In this document: in pieces, positions 8,132 through 15,783 of the stretch | Numbering within the stretch: position 1 is the stretch's first letter | Layout of the letters: each line of letters opens with the position of its first letter | Assembly (NCBI GenBank): GCA_030018135.1 | Contig: JASEGJ010000021.1 | Coordinates: forward strand, 1 to 19,694 | Reading direction: 5' to 3' | From: Candidatus Hodarchaeaceae archaeon | GTDB taxonomy: Archaea > Hadarchaeota > Hadarchaeia > Hadarchaeales > Hadarchaeaceae | Length of the DNA stretch: 19,694 bases | Made by a program: the position numbers and the translations under genes | The notes under the pieces: model-generated | What the model was told of the DNA's origin: nothing | The model's input: the letters and a program-made list of their open reading frames with translations, nothing else | Databases searched by the model: none

Positions 8132-9271
8132 GTGGAAAAAACCGAATTGGGCGCGTTTAAGCCGGAAACTGGGTTTGAACCAGTAAAACCCGGTATTTCA
8201 GCACCGGCGAAGCTCGGTGTTTTACCGGTGGCAAAATCCATGGATGAGGAACTCGAGCAGGTATTGCAGCGCGCACGCGCCAAAATTGTTGTAGTAGGCT
8301 GTGGCGGGGCGGGTTGCAACACCATTTCGCGAATGACGGAGGTCGGTATTCAGGGCGCGGAAACTATTGCGATAAATACCGACGCGCAGGACCTGCTCTA
8401 TACCACCTCTGATCGAAAAATCCTGATCGGTCGCGAAATAACGGGGGGTCTTGGCGCAGGTAACGATCCGGAAAAAGGCGGAGCAGCCGCACAAGAGGAC
8501 GAGGCCACGATAAAAGATTACCTCTATCCCGCAGATATGGTCTTTGTTACATGCGGCCTGGGCGGCGGAACTGGCACGGGCGCATCGCCGGTCGTGGCCG
8601 AGGTGGCAAAAAAAATTGGCTCGTTGACGGTTGGGGTTGTAACGCTGCCCTTCACCGTAGAGGGAAAACGCCGGAGGCAGAATGCCGAACAGGGTTTGAT
8701 GCGCTTGCGCGAGATCGCGGATACCGTGATAGTGATACCCAACGACAAGCTACTCGAAATTGCGCCAGATTTGCCCATAGCTGCGGCATTCAAGGTCGCC
8801 GACCAATTGCTGATGGATGCGATCAAGGGGATAACCGAGATGGTAACTAAGCCAGGATTGATAAACTTGGACTTCGCCGACGTTCGCACCGTGCTCCAGA
8901 ACGGCGGGGTGGCGATGATAGGCATAGGCGAATCGGATACCGGCAACCGTGCGGCGGAGGCTGTCGATGAAGCATTGAACAGCCCGTTGTTAGATGTCGA
9001 CATCACCGGTGCTAAGGGGGCGTTGGTGAACGTCGTTGGTAGCCCGGACATGACGCTTGAAGAAGCTAAAAGGATCGTCGGGCGGGTATCGGAAGCGCTT
9101 GATCCAGAAGCTCAGGTCATCTGGGGCGCACAAATTTCAGAAGACCTCAAAAACGCCGTGCGGGTGATGGTGATCCTTTCAGGCGTTCATTCGCCGTACG
9201 TGCTCGGCCCCGGGGAGCGACCGAAGAGAGGCCCAAGCGCCATCGATCTAGAACTGGAGTTCTTGAAGTAA
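8132..9271 (+). CDS. ftsZ: Cell-division GTPase FtsZ (FtsZ1 type by context)
   Basis: [17 protein letters not shown] tubulin signature and NLDFADV T7 loop. SD GGAGG precedes the GTG. Confidence 0.98.
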   Translation: MEKTELGAFKPETGFEPVKPGISAPAKLGVLPVAKSMDEELEQVLQRARAKIVVVGCGGAGCNTISRMTEVGIQGAETIAINTDAQDLLYTTSDRKILIGREITGGLGAGNDPEKGGAAAQEDEATIKDYLYPADMVFVTCGLGGGTGTGASPVVAEVAKKIGSLTVGVVTLPFTVEGKRRRQNAEQGLMRLREIADTVIVIPNDKLLEIAPDLPIAAAFKVADQLLMDAIKGITEMVTKPGLINLDFADVRTVLQNGGVAMIGIGESDTGNRAAEAVDEALNSPLLDVDITGAKGALVNVVGSPDMTLEEAKRIVGRVSEALDPEAQVIWGAQISEDLKNAVRVMVILSGVHSPYVLGPGERPKRGPSAIDLELEFLK

Positions 9272-9451
9272 ATGTTGCGGAAGTTTCTATACGAATGCAA
9301 GCGTGTGTTACGCGTCGCTCGCAAGCCGGGTAAAACGGAGTATATGGATGTCACCAAGGTGACCGGGCTTGGCATCATATTAATAGGTTTTATCGGCTTC
9401 GTGATAATGATGATCAGTTATCTAATCGGTGGGATGTCGGGCGCCGCTTGA
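9272..9451 (+). CDS. secE: Protein translocase subunit SecE/Sec61-gamma (59 aa, missing from the ORF track)
   Basis: Manual translation MLRKFLYECKRVLRVARKPGKTEYMDVTKVTGLGIILIGFIGFVIMMISYLIGGMSGAA* contains the RVLRVARKP motif and one TM helix. It lies between ftsZ and spt5. Confidence 0.95.
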   Translation: MLRKFLYECKRVLRVARKPGKTEYMDVTKVTGLGIILIGFIGFVIMMISYLIGGMSGAA

Positions 9452-9464
9452 CAGGGGTGTAATT

Positions 9465-9941
9465 TTGGAGGGGACACAAGAAACCAGAAAACCAGCGGTT
9501 TTTGCCGTTAGGACGACAATCGGCCAAGAGAAAGCCGCGGCTGATATGATCGCTACCCGTGCTCGGAACTTCAACCTACCAGTTAAGGCGGTGCTCGCGC
9601 CCGAGGGGATAAGGGGGTACGTATTCGTTGAAGCTCTCGAGGAGACCGCGGTTGAGCAGGCACGCGCCGGCATCAAGCATGCAAAGGGTGTGGTAGAGGG
9701 CGAGATACCGTTCAACGAGATCGAGCACTTTCTGACCCCCAAGCCAGTTGTCGTCGGAATGGAAGTGGGTGACATCGTTGAGCTAATCTCCGGCCCATTT
9801 AGAGGTGAGAGGGCTAGGATTATACGGGTGGATGAGCTAAAAGAAGAAATCACCGTTGAACTCTTCGAGGCCACCGTACCAATTCCGGTGACCGTCCGGG
9901 GGGACTTCGTAAAGGTGATAGAGAAGACGAAGAGGGGGTGA
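9465..9941 (+). CDS. spt5: Transcription elongation factor Spt5 (NusG homolog)
   Basis: NGN domain (AVRTTIGQE, GYVFVE) and KOW domain (GDIVELISGPFRGE). TTG 9465 with SD GGGGTG is preferred over 9429, which lies inside secE. Confidence 0.95.
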   Translation: MEGTQETRKPAVFAVRTTIGQEKAAADMIATRARNFNLPVKAVLAPEGIRGYVFVEALEETAVEQARAGIKHAKGVVEGEIPFNEIEHFLTPKPVVVGMEVGDIVELISGPFRGERARIIRVDELKEEITVELFEATVPIPVTVRGDFVKVIEKTKRG

Positions 9942-9945
9942 CGAG

Positions 9946-10236
9946 ATGAAGGCGAGCGATGTAAAGCCAGCCATGCGCAACATCGATTTGGACTTGAAGA
10001 TAGTTGAAATAGAGGAACCACGTTCATACATCGGTCGCTCCGGGCGCGAAGGCAGGGTGACGACAGCAGTCGGCGAAGATGACTCGGGGCGGATAAAGAT
10101 ATCGCTTTGGGACAACGACATCGATAAGGTCAAGGTCGGTAGCTTGGTCCGCATCCGCAATGGCTATTCACGGCTCTTCAGGGACGAGGTTTACGTCAGC
10201 GCCGGCATGTATGGCAGGCTAGAGGTCACCGAGTAA
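9946..10236 (+). CDS. Single OB-fold ssDNA-binding protein (SSB/RPA-like), without an acidic tail
   Basis: DDSGRIKISLWD and VRIRNGYSRLFR match the DETG-x-I-x-L-x-LW OB-fold pattern. SD GGGGGTGA. Confidence 0.85.
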   Translation: MKASDVKPAMRNIDLDLKIVEIEEPRSYIGRSGREGRVTTAVGEDDSGRIKISLWDNDIDKVKVGSLVRIRNGYSRLFRDEVYVSAGMYGRLEVTE

Positions 10237-10270
10237 TCAATCGTTGCCTAGATTTGAGCTAGCTGGCACC

Positions 10271-10284
10271 ACAACTTTTTATGT
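10271..10284 (+). promoter_or_regulatory. Putative TATA box for the rpl11-rpl1-rplP0-rpl12 operon
   Basis: ACAAC-TTTTTATG in the 113-nt intergenic region. Confidence 0.4.
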
Positions 10285-10349
10285 CTGCCCATCTTATCAT
10301 TCGAAAGAGCTAGCTATCAAGCCACGACTTTGGGTTTGCGGCGATCGCT

Positions 10350-10826
10350 ATGAAGGCTACAATTAAGACATTGGTTGATGGGGGCAAGGCAACGCCGGGG
10401 CCACCCGTTGGACCAGCTTTGGGGCCGCTCGGCGTCAACGTCGGTCAGGTAGTCGCTAAGATAAATGAAAAGACCGCAGCATTCGAGGGTATGAAGGTAC
10501 CCGTTAAGATAATTGTCGACAAAAAGACTAAACAGTTTGATATCGAGGTCGGCTCTCCACCAGCTGCAGTGCTGATCCAAAAGGAGCTTGGCCTTGAAAA
10601 AGGGGCGAAAACGGCCGGTAAGGAACTCGTTGGGAACCTTACGCTGGCCCAAGCGGTTAAGCTTGCCAAGCTAAAGTTAAGCGTCACTTTAGCTAAGGAT
10701 TTAAAGAAAGCGGTTAGCGAGATTCTTGGCACATGCTTGAGCATGGGTATAATTGTCGATGGCAAGGATCCGCGCGAGGTTCAACGCGAAATAAACGAAG
10801 GCAAACGTGACGAGGAATTAAGGTGA
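10350..10826 (+). CDS. rpl11: 50S ribosomal protein uL11
   Basis: [18 protein letters not shown] and GTCLSMG. Confidence 0.97.
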   Translation: MKATIKTLVDGGKATPGPPVGPALGPLGVNVGQVVAKINEKTAAFEGMKVPVKIIVDKKTKQFDIEVGSPPAAVLIQKELGLEKGAKTAGKELVGNLTLAQAVKLAKLKLSVTLAKDLKKAVSEILGTCLSMGIIVDGKDPREVQREINEGKRDEELR

Positions 10827-10830
10827 TTGA

Positions 10831-11481
10831 ATGCCGGTTTCGCGCGAAAAATTGCTCGATGCAATCAAGCGAATGAGGGAGACCAGCGAAAGGCGAAACT
10901 TCACGCAAAGTGTTGACCTAACGTTAAATCTCAAAGATATCGACCTCAAGAAACCGGAGAACCGCATTAATGAGGAAGCCTTGCTCCCACACGGGGTAGG
11001 CAAACCCCGAAAGGTGGCGATATTCGCGGAGGGTGAGCTGGCTAGAAAGGCACGTGAGTCCGGCGCAGATCTGCTGCTTGCGCGTGAGGATATCGATCCC
11101 CTCCAGAAGGATAGAAAACGGGCAAAACAAATCGTTGATGGATATGACTTCTTCCTAGCACAAGCAGACTTGATGCCGTTGATAGGCAAGCAGCTCGGCC
11201 CAGTACTGGGTCCGCGTGGAAAAATGCCAAAACCAATTCCGCCCACTGCTGACCCAAAGCCGCTTATCGAACGCTGCCGAAGGATGGTGCGCATACGAAC
11301 GCGGGAACAGCCAGCATTGCATGTGCCGATAGGTTTGGAAAGCATGACCGACGAACAACTTGCTGAAAATGCTCAGGCGGTGCTAGAAGTTATCGAGCAC
11401 AGGCTGGAGAGGGGCCTTAATCAAATAGGCTCGCTGCATATCAAAACGACGATGGGCAAGCCCACGAAAATCGAGGCGTGA
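10831..11481 (+). CDS. rpl1: 50S ribosomal protein uL1
   Basis: RNFTQSVDL, LGPRGKMPKP and KTTMG. Confidence 0.97.
   Translation: MPVSREKLLDAIKRMRETSERRNFTQSVDLTLNLKDIDLKKPENRINEEALLPHGVGKPRKVAIFAEGELARKARESGADLLLAREDIDPLQKDRKRAKQIVDGYDFFLAQADLMPLIGKQLGPVLGPRGKMPKPIPPTADPKPLIERCRRMVRIRTREQPALHVPIGLESMTDEQLAENAQAVLEVIEHRLERGLNQIGSLHIKTTMGKPTKIEA
10874..10904 (+). promoter_or_regulatory. Putative L1-binding autoregulatory mRNA site within rpl1
   Basis: TGAGG-GAG...GCGAAA-CTTCA resembles the Methanococcus L1 mRNA target. The upper helix is weak. Confidence 0.4.
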
Positions 11482-11483
11482 TT

Positions 11484-12503
11484 ATGGCGATAAGCGCGAG
11501 GGCCGAGGTCGCATCTTGGAAGCGTGAGGTCTTAAGTGAACTCGTGGAAATATTTAATCGTTACCCAGTAGTTGGCGTTCTGAGCATTTCAGACCTTCCC
11601 GCGGCACAATTTCAGCAGGTGAGGCGCCAGCTTCGAGGACAGGCTGAAGTGATTGTTTCCAAAAATACCTTGTTAAGGCTCGCCGTCGAAAAAGCCGCTG
11701 AACAGAGGGACCCAAAGCTCCGCGAGCTAGCTAATTACATCCAAGGTCCGTCCGCACTAATATTTACGAGGATGAACCCCTTCAAGCTAAGCAAAATCCT
11801 CCAAGCAAGTAAGATGAGCGCACCTGCAAAGCCCGGTATAAGATCGCCTAAAGAGGTAACAATCCCTGCGGGGGAAACGGATTTCGCCCCGGGTCCAATC
11901 GTCGGCGAACTCCAGCGCGTTGGCATCAAAGCCAGAATCCAAGCCGGCAAGGTTGTCATACTCGAAGATTGCTGCATCCTAAAAGAAGGCGAGATCATAA
12001 CAAAGGAAGTCGCCGACGCCCTAGCACGCTTCGGCATCCAACCGCTTGAACTCGGTCTAAAACTGTGTGCCGCCTACGAGGCGGGAATGATTTTTTCCAG
12101 CGAGGTATTAACAATCGATGAAAAACAGGTGATAGGACAACTCCAAGCGGCTTGCGTGGGTGCTGTAAACCTAGCTGTCAACATAAACTACCCAACAAGC
12201 ATCACGATAGGCATCATCGTTGCCAAGGCTAGTGCCGCCGCGCACAATTTGGCGTTGAACTTTTGTTTACCCGTCGCGGATGTTATGCCAACACTTTTGG
12301 CGCGGGCCAATGTGGAGATGCTTAGCTTGGCCGCTGCTTTATTTAGAAGGGACGAAAATGCACTTGATGAGAAATTGAAGGGAATGCTCGCTACCGCGCC
12401 ACCGGCGGAAACTAGATCAGAGGAGAAGAAAGGGGAAAAGACAAAAGAAGAGGAAAAGCTAAAAGGAGAAGAGATGGCGGGCTTAAGTGCATTGTTTGGC
12501 TGA
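11484..12503 (+). CDS. rplP0: 50S ribosomal protein uL10 (P0)
   Basis: WKREV, KNTL, FTRMNPF, AGETDFAPGP and C-terminal GLSALFG. Alternative start GTG 11478. Confidence 0.96.
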   Translation: MAISARAEVASWKREVLSELVEIFNRYPVVGVLSISDLPAAQFQQVRRQLRGQAEVIVSKNTLLRLAVEKAAEQRDPKLRELANYIQGPSALIFTRMNPFKLSKILQASKMSAPAKPGIRSPKEVTIPAGETDFAPGPIVGELQRVGIKARIQAGKVVILEDCCILKEGEIITKEVADALARFGIQPLELGLKLCAAYEAGMIFSSEVLTIDEKQVIGQLQAACVGAVNLAVNINYPTSITIGIIVAKASAAAHNLALNFCLPVADVMPTLLARANVEMLSLAAALFRRDENALDEKLKGMLATAPPAETRSEEKKGEKTKEEEKLKGEEMAGLSALFG

Positions 12504-12516
12504 CGGAGGTGTATAA

Positions 12517-12813
12517 ATGGAATACGTATATGCTGCGATGGTATTGCATGCAGCCGGTAAAAAAATCGATGAGGGTGGCCTGTCGAAGGTTCTGCAAGCA
12601 GCGGACGTTCAAGTGAATGAAGCAAGGGTGAAAGCCTTCGTAGCAGCGCTTGAGGGAATAAACATCGACGAAGCAATAAAGAGCGCGGCAGTGCCCGCAG
12701 TAGCGGCCCCAGCCGCGGCGCCGACGGCAAAGGCTGAGGAGAAAAAGGAAGAGAAGAAGGTTGAGGAGAAGGAGGAGGAGGCCCTCGCTGGTCTCAGTGC
12801 GCTATTCGGCTAA
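12517..12813 (+). CDS. rpl12: 50S ribosomal stalk protein P1 (L12p)
   Basis: [11 protein letters not shown], Ala-rich hinge, acidic tail and GLSALFG. Confidence 0.97.
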   Translation: MEYVYAAMVLHAAGKKIDEGGLSKVLQAADVQVNEARVKAFVAALEGINIDEAIKSAAVPAVAAPAAAPTAKAEEKKEEKKVEEKEEEALAGLSALFG

Positions 12814-12865
12814 ATACTTCTATGCCTGCGGTCCAATGCAAAGCATAGTGTTTTAAAATGGTGGG

Positions 12866-12975
12866 TTACCTCGCGGATTCCACGGCTGTCGTGGTTTCCG
12901 TACCGTCGAATGATGCATTGAACGGATCATCAGAAATTTCAAACGAGGTAATAAAATTTGGAGCTTCGTTTGAAA
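12866..12975. ncRNA. Candidate structured RNA element in the rpl12-alaS intergenic region
   Basis: Stem TTACCTCG/CGAGGTAA encloses two hairpins. A competing 12-bp inverted repeat pairs 12937-12948 with 12964-12975. Confidence 0.3.
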
Positions 12976-13042
12976 CTATTTTCACTGATTTTCAGGCGAA
13001 GGCTTTTATCCAAAGTGAGGCATTTGCCCTTTAGGGACATGC

Positions 13043-15775
13043 TTGAGAGATATCTACCGAGTCGCCCTTTTCAAGGACGAGGGATTTCATCGCAAGCGAT
13101 GCGAAACCTGTAGCCGCACCTTCTGGACCCTTGACCCTAACCGAAAAACCTGCGGCGATACACCGTGCGACGAATATGCCTTCATAGGCAGGCCGCCGAT
13201 TCGTAGGCGATACAACTTGTTTCAGATGGAAAGTGCGTTTCTGAAGTTTTTTGAAATGCATGGGCACACCGTAATTAACCGCTACCCGGTGGTCGCTAGG
13301 TGGCGCGATGACATCTTCCTTACCATAGCGTCGATCGCGAACTTCCAGCCCTGGGTAACGAGCGGCCAAGTGCCCCCGCCCGCCAACCCCCTCGTCGTCA
13401 GCCAGCCAAGCATCAGGCTGAAAGATATCGATAATGTCGGGCGCTCGGGGAGGCACTTCACGCTCTTCTTCATGGGGGGGCACCACGCCTTCAATTCCCG
13501 TAAAAAACGCATCTACTGGACCGATGAAACCGTTGCGCTTTGCCATGAGTTCCTGACGCGTGAGCTGGGCATCCTGCCCGAGGAGATCTCATACATCCAA
13601 GATTTTTGGGAGGGGGGTGGCAACGCCGGCGAGGACTTTGAGGTCAACGTGCGCGGACTCGAACTCGCAACGCTTGTTTTCATGCACTACCTGTCTAAGG
13701 ACGGCGAGTATGAGCTGCTCCCGCTAAACATAGTTGACACGGGCTACGGCATGGAACGCCTCACCTGGGCATCGCATGGCACCGCATCGAGCTATGAGGC
13801 CGTCTTTGAGCCCGTGGTCAAAAAGTTGCGAGAGCTTGCGGGAGTCAAACTGCCGCCTCCAGAGTTGCTGCGCGAACACTCGAAGCTTGCAGGCCTCATG
13901 GACATTGAAACTGGCCGCGACCTGCTTACGCTTCGGACCAAGGCGGCTGCTCGCACCGGCCTGAGCGTGGATGAGCTCAGCCGCCTGATGGCCCCGCTTG
14001 AGGCGGTCTATGCGATCGCCGACCACTTACGTTGTTTAGTCTTTATGTTCGGCGATGGGATAACGCCCAGCAATGTCCAAGAGGGCTACCTGGCGCGACT
14101 CGTGCTTCGCCGCACGTTGCGTTTGATGCGCGAACTCGGGCTTCAGGAGCCGCTGGCAGAGCTTGTACAGTTGGAAATAAGACACCTCGTGCCTCACTTC
14201 CCTGAGTTCGGCGAGCGCGAGGGCCACATACTTGAGGTGGCGGAACTCGAGGAGCAGCGATATCTCGATGCAATCTCACGGGGAGAAAGGCTAGTTAAAC
14301 GCTTGGTGGGCGCCCTCCGCGAGGAGGGTAAACCCCTGTCCGCCGAGAAACTCACGGAACTTTACGACAGCCATGGCTTGCCCCCTGAGGTAGTAAGGGA
14401 GATAGCGACCGAGATGGGCACCACCGTCGATGTGCCCGAGGATTTCTACATCAGGGTTGCGAAGCTACATGGTCGGGCCGAGCGAGCACCAGTTACAGTT
14501 TTGGCCATTCCGAAAGAGAGGCTGCGGGGCATACCCCCGACCAAAGCCGTGTACTACGATGATCCATACGCGAAGGAGTTCCATGCTAGGGTACTCGGGA
14601 GCTTCGATGGTTACGTCATGCTAGATCGAACGGCTTTCTACCCGGAGGGCGGCGGGCAACCAGCAGATCTTGGCAAACTCATAAGCCATAGGGGCAAGGC
14701 GAAGGTAGTCGATGTCCAAAAGGTAGACGGTGTCATCGCACATCAGGTGAAACCAAACATCTTTAAGACGGGGCAAAAGGTCAGGGGCGAAATCGATTGG
14801 GCAAGGCGAAGCTCGCTCATGCGCCATCATATCGCCACGCACATCCTGCTCGGTGCCGCGCGCCGCGTGCTCGGCAATCACGTCTGGCAACACGGCGTTC
14901 AAAAGGGCGTTGACCGCACTAGGCTGGATATATCGCACTTCAAGCGCGTTGAGCCGATTGAGCTACGGGAGATCGAGAGGTTGGCTAACCAAGTGGTGAT
15001 GGAAAACCGGGCCGTTTTCATAAACTGGATGGATCGAAACGTCGCTGAGCGTGAGTACGGCTTTGATCTCTATCAAGGGGGTGTCGTCCCCGGCAAGCAG
15101 GTGCGCATTGTCGACATAGACGGCTGGAACACTCAAGCCTGCGCTGGAACTCATTGTCTGCGGACGGGCGATGTGGGATTGATCAAAATCGTGCATACCG
15201 AAAGAATTCAAGATGGCATCGAACGACTTGAATTTGTAGCCGGGGAGGCGGCACTTAACTTCATACAAAAACAGGAAGAACAGTTCGCGAAAGCGGCGGG
15301 GATACTGCGCGCCCCGCTCGAACGCGTGGCCGCGGCAACCCAGCGGCTCTTCGATGAGTGGAAATCTACACAAAAAGAGGTGACGAGGTTACAGGAGCGC
15401 TTGGCAGAGCTGCGCTTGGTGGAGTTGCGCGCAAAGGCAAAAAGAGTTGGAGCGGTGCGGGTGATATGCGAGGAGGTAAAAGGGGCCAATGTAGAAGAAT
15501 TAATCCAAACAGCAAGCGCGCTGGTGCGAGGGGATAAATCCTTGGTCGTAATGCTAGCCACATGCGACGAGATGGCGAGGCTTGTCGTTATGGCTGGGGA
15601 GGCGGCCATTGGAGCAGGCATAGACTGCGGCGAAATAGCGGCTGCAGCGGCAGGTATCCTCGGGGGAGGGGGCGGCGGCAAGCGCGAGATGGGGCAAGGA
15701 GGCGGTCCCGAGGTCAAAAAGCTCGGCGAGGCTTTGACCACCGCGGTCGAGGTCTGCGAGCGACAGCAACGATAG
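13043..15775 (+). CDS. alaS: Alanine--tRNA ligase (archaeal full-length)
   Basis: ARWRDD, TIASIANFQP, DTGYGMER, editing motifs HIATH and CAGTH, and C-Ala GGGGGG. TATA-like TTTTAT at 13004-13009. Confidence 0.97.
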   Translation: MRDIYRVALFKDEGFHRKRCETCSRTFWTLDPNRKTCGDTPCDEYAFIGRPPIRRRYNLFQMESAFLKFFEMHGHTVINRYPVVARWRDDIFLTIASIANFQPWVTSGQVPPPANPLVVSQPSIRLKDIDNVGRSGRHFTLFFMGGHHAFNSRKKRIYWTDETVALCHEFLTRELGILPEEISYIQDFWEGGGNAGEDFEVNVRGLELATLVFMHYLSKDGEYELLPLNIVDTGYGMERLTWASHGTASSYEAVFEPVVKKLRELAGVKLPPPELLREHSKLAGLMDIETGRDLLTLRTKAAARTGLSVDELSRLMAPLEAVYAIADHLRCLVFMFGDGITPSNVQEGYLARLVLRRTLRLMRELGLQEPLAELVQLEIRHLVPHFPEFGEREGHILEVAELEEQRYLDAISRGERLVKRLVGALREEGKPLSAEKLTELYDSHGLPPEVVREIATEMGTTVDVPEDFYIRVAKLHGRAERAPVTVLAIPKERLRGIPPTKAVYYDDPYAKEFHARVLGSFDGYVMLDRTAFYPEGGGQPADLGKLISHRGKAKVVDVQKVDGVIAHQVKPNIFKTGQKVRGEIDWARRSSLMRHHIATHILLGAARRVLGNHVWQHGVQKGVDRTRLDISHFKRVEPIELREIERLANQVVMENRAVFINWMDRNVAEREYGFDLYQGGVVPGKQVRIVDIDGWNTQACAGTHCLRTGDVGLIKIVHTERIQDGIERLEFVAGEAALNFIQKQEEQFAKAAGILRAPLERVAAATQRLFDEWKSTQKEVTRLQERLAELRLVELRAKAKRVGAVRVICEEVKGANVEELIQTASALVRGDKSLVVMLATCDEMARLVVMAGEAAIGAGIDCGEIAAAAAGILGGGGGGKREMGQGGGPEVKKLGEALTTAVEVCERQQR

Positions 15776-15783
15776 GTGATACG

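Noticed and set aside
12480-12813. Repeated GLSALFG-coding ends of rplP0 and rpl12
   Set aside because: Known homologous stalk C-termini, not a DNA repeat element.
12858-13034. 58-codon plus-strand ORF (MVGYLADS...AFAL*) in the rpl12-alaS spacer
   Set aside because: No SD, no recognisable motif, and it runs over the likely alaS promoter. It is not clearly enriched in Ala/Leu runs as a leader peptide would be.
13039-13060. Out-of-frame ATG (MLERY) just before the alaS TTG, suggesting a frameshift
   Set aside because: The TTG start already gives a normal-looking AlaRS N-terminus, so no frameshift is needed.
754-15775. Several TAG stops as possible pyrrolysine read-through
   Set aside because: Each falls at or beyond the expected protein C-terminus, and no pyl genes are present in the window.
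15562-15783. 74-aa N-terminal extension of LeuRS overlapping alaS
   Set aside because: It is an Arg/Gly-rich off-frame read of the alaS 3' end. The real start is ATG 15784 with SD AGGTGAT.
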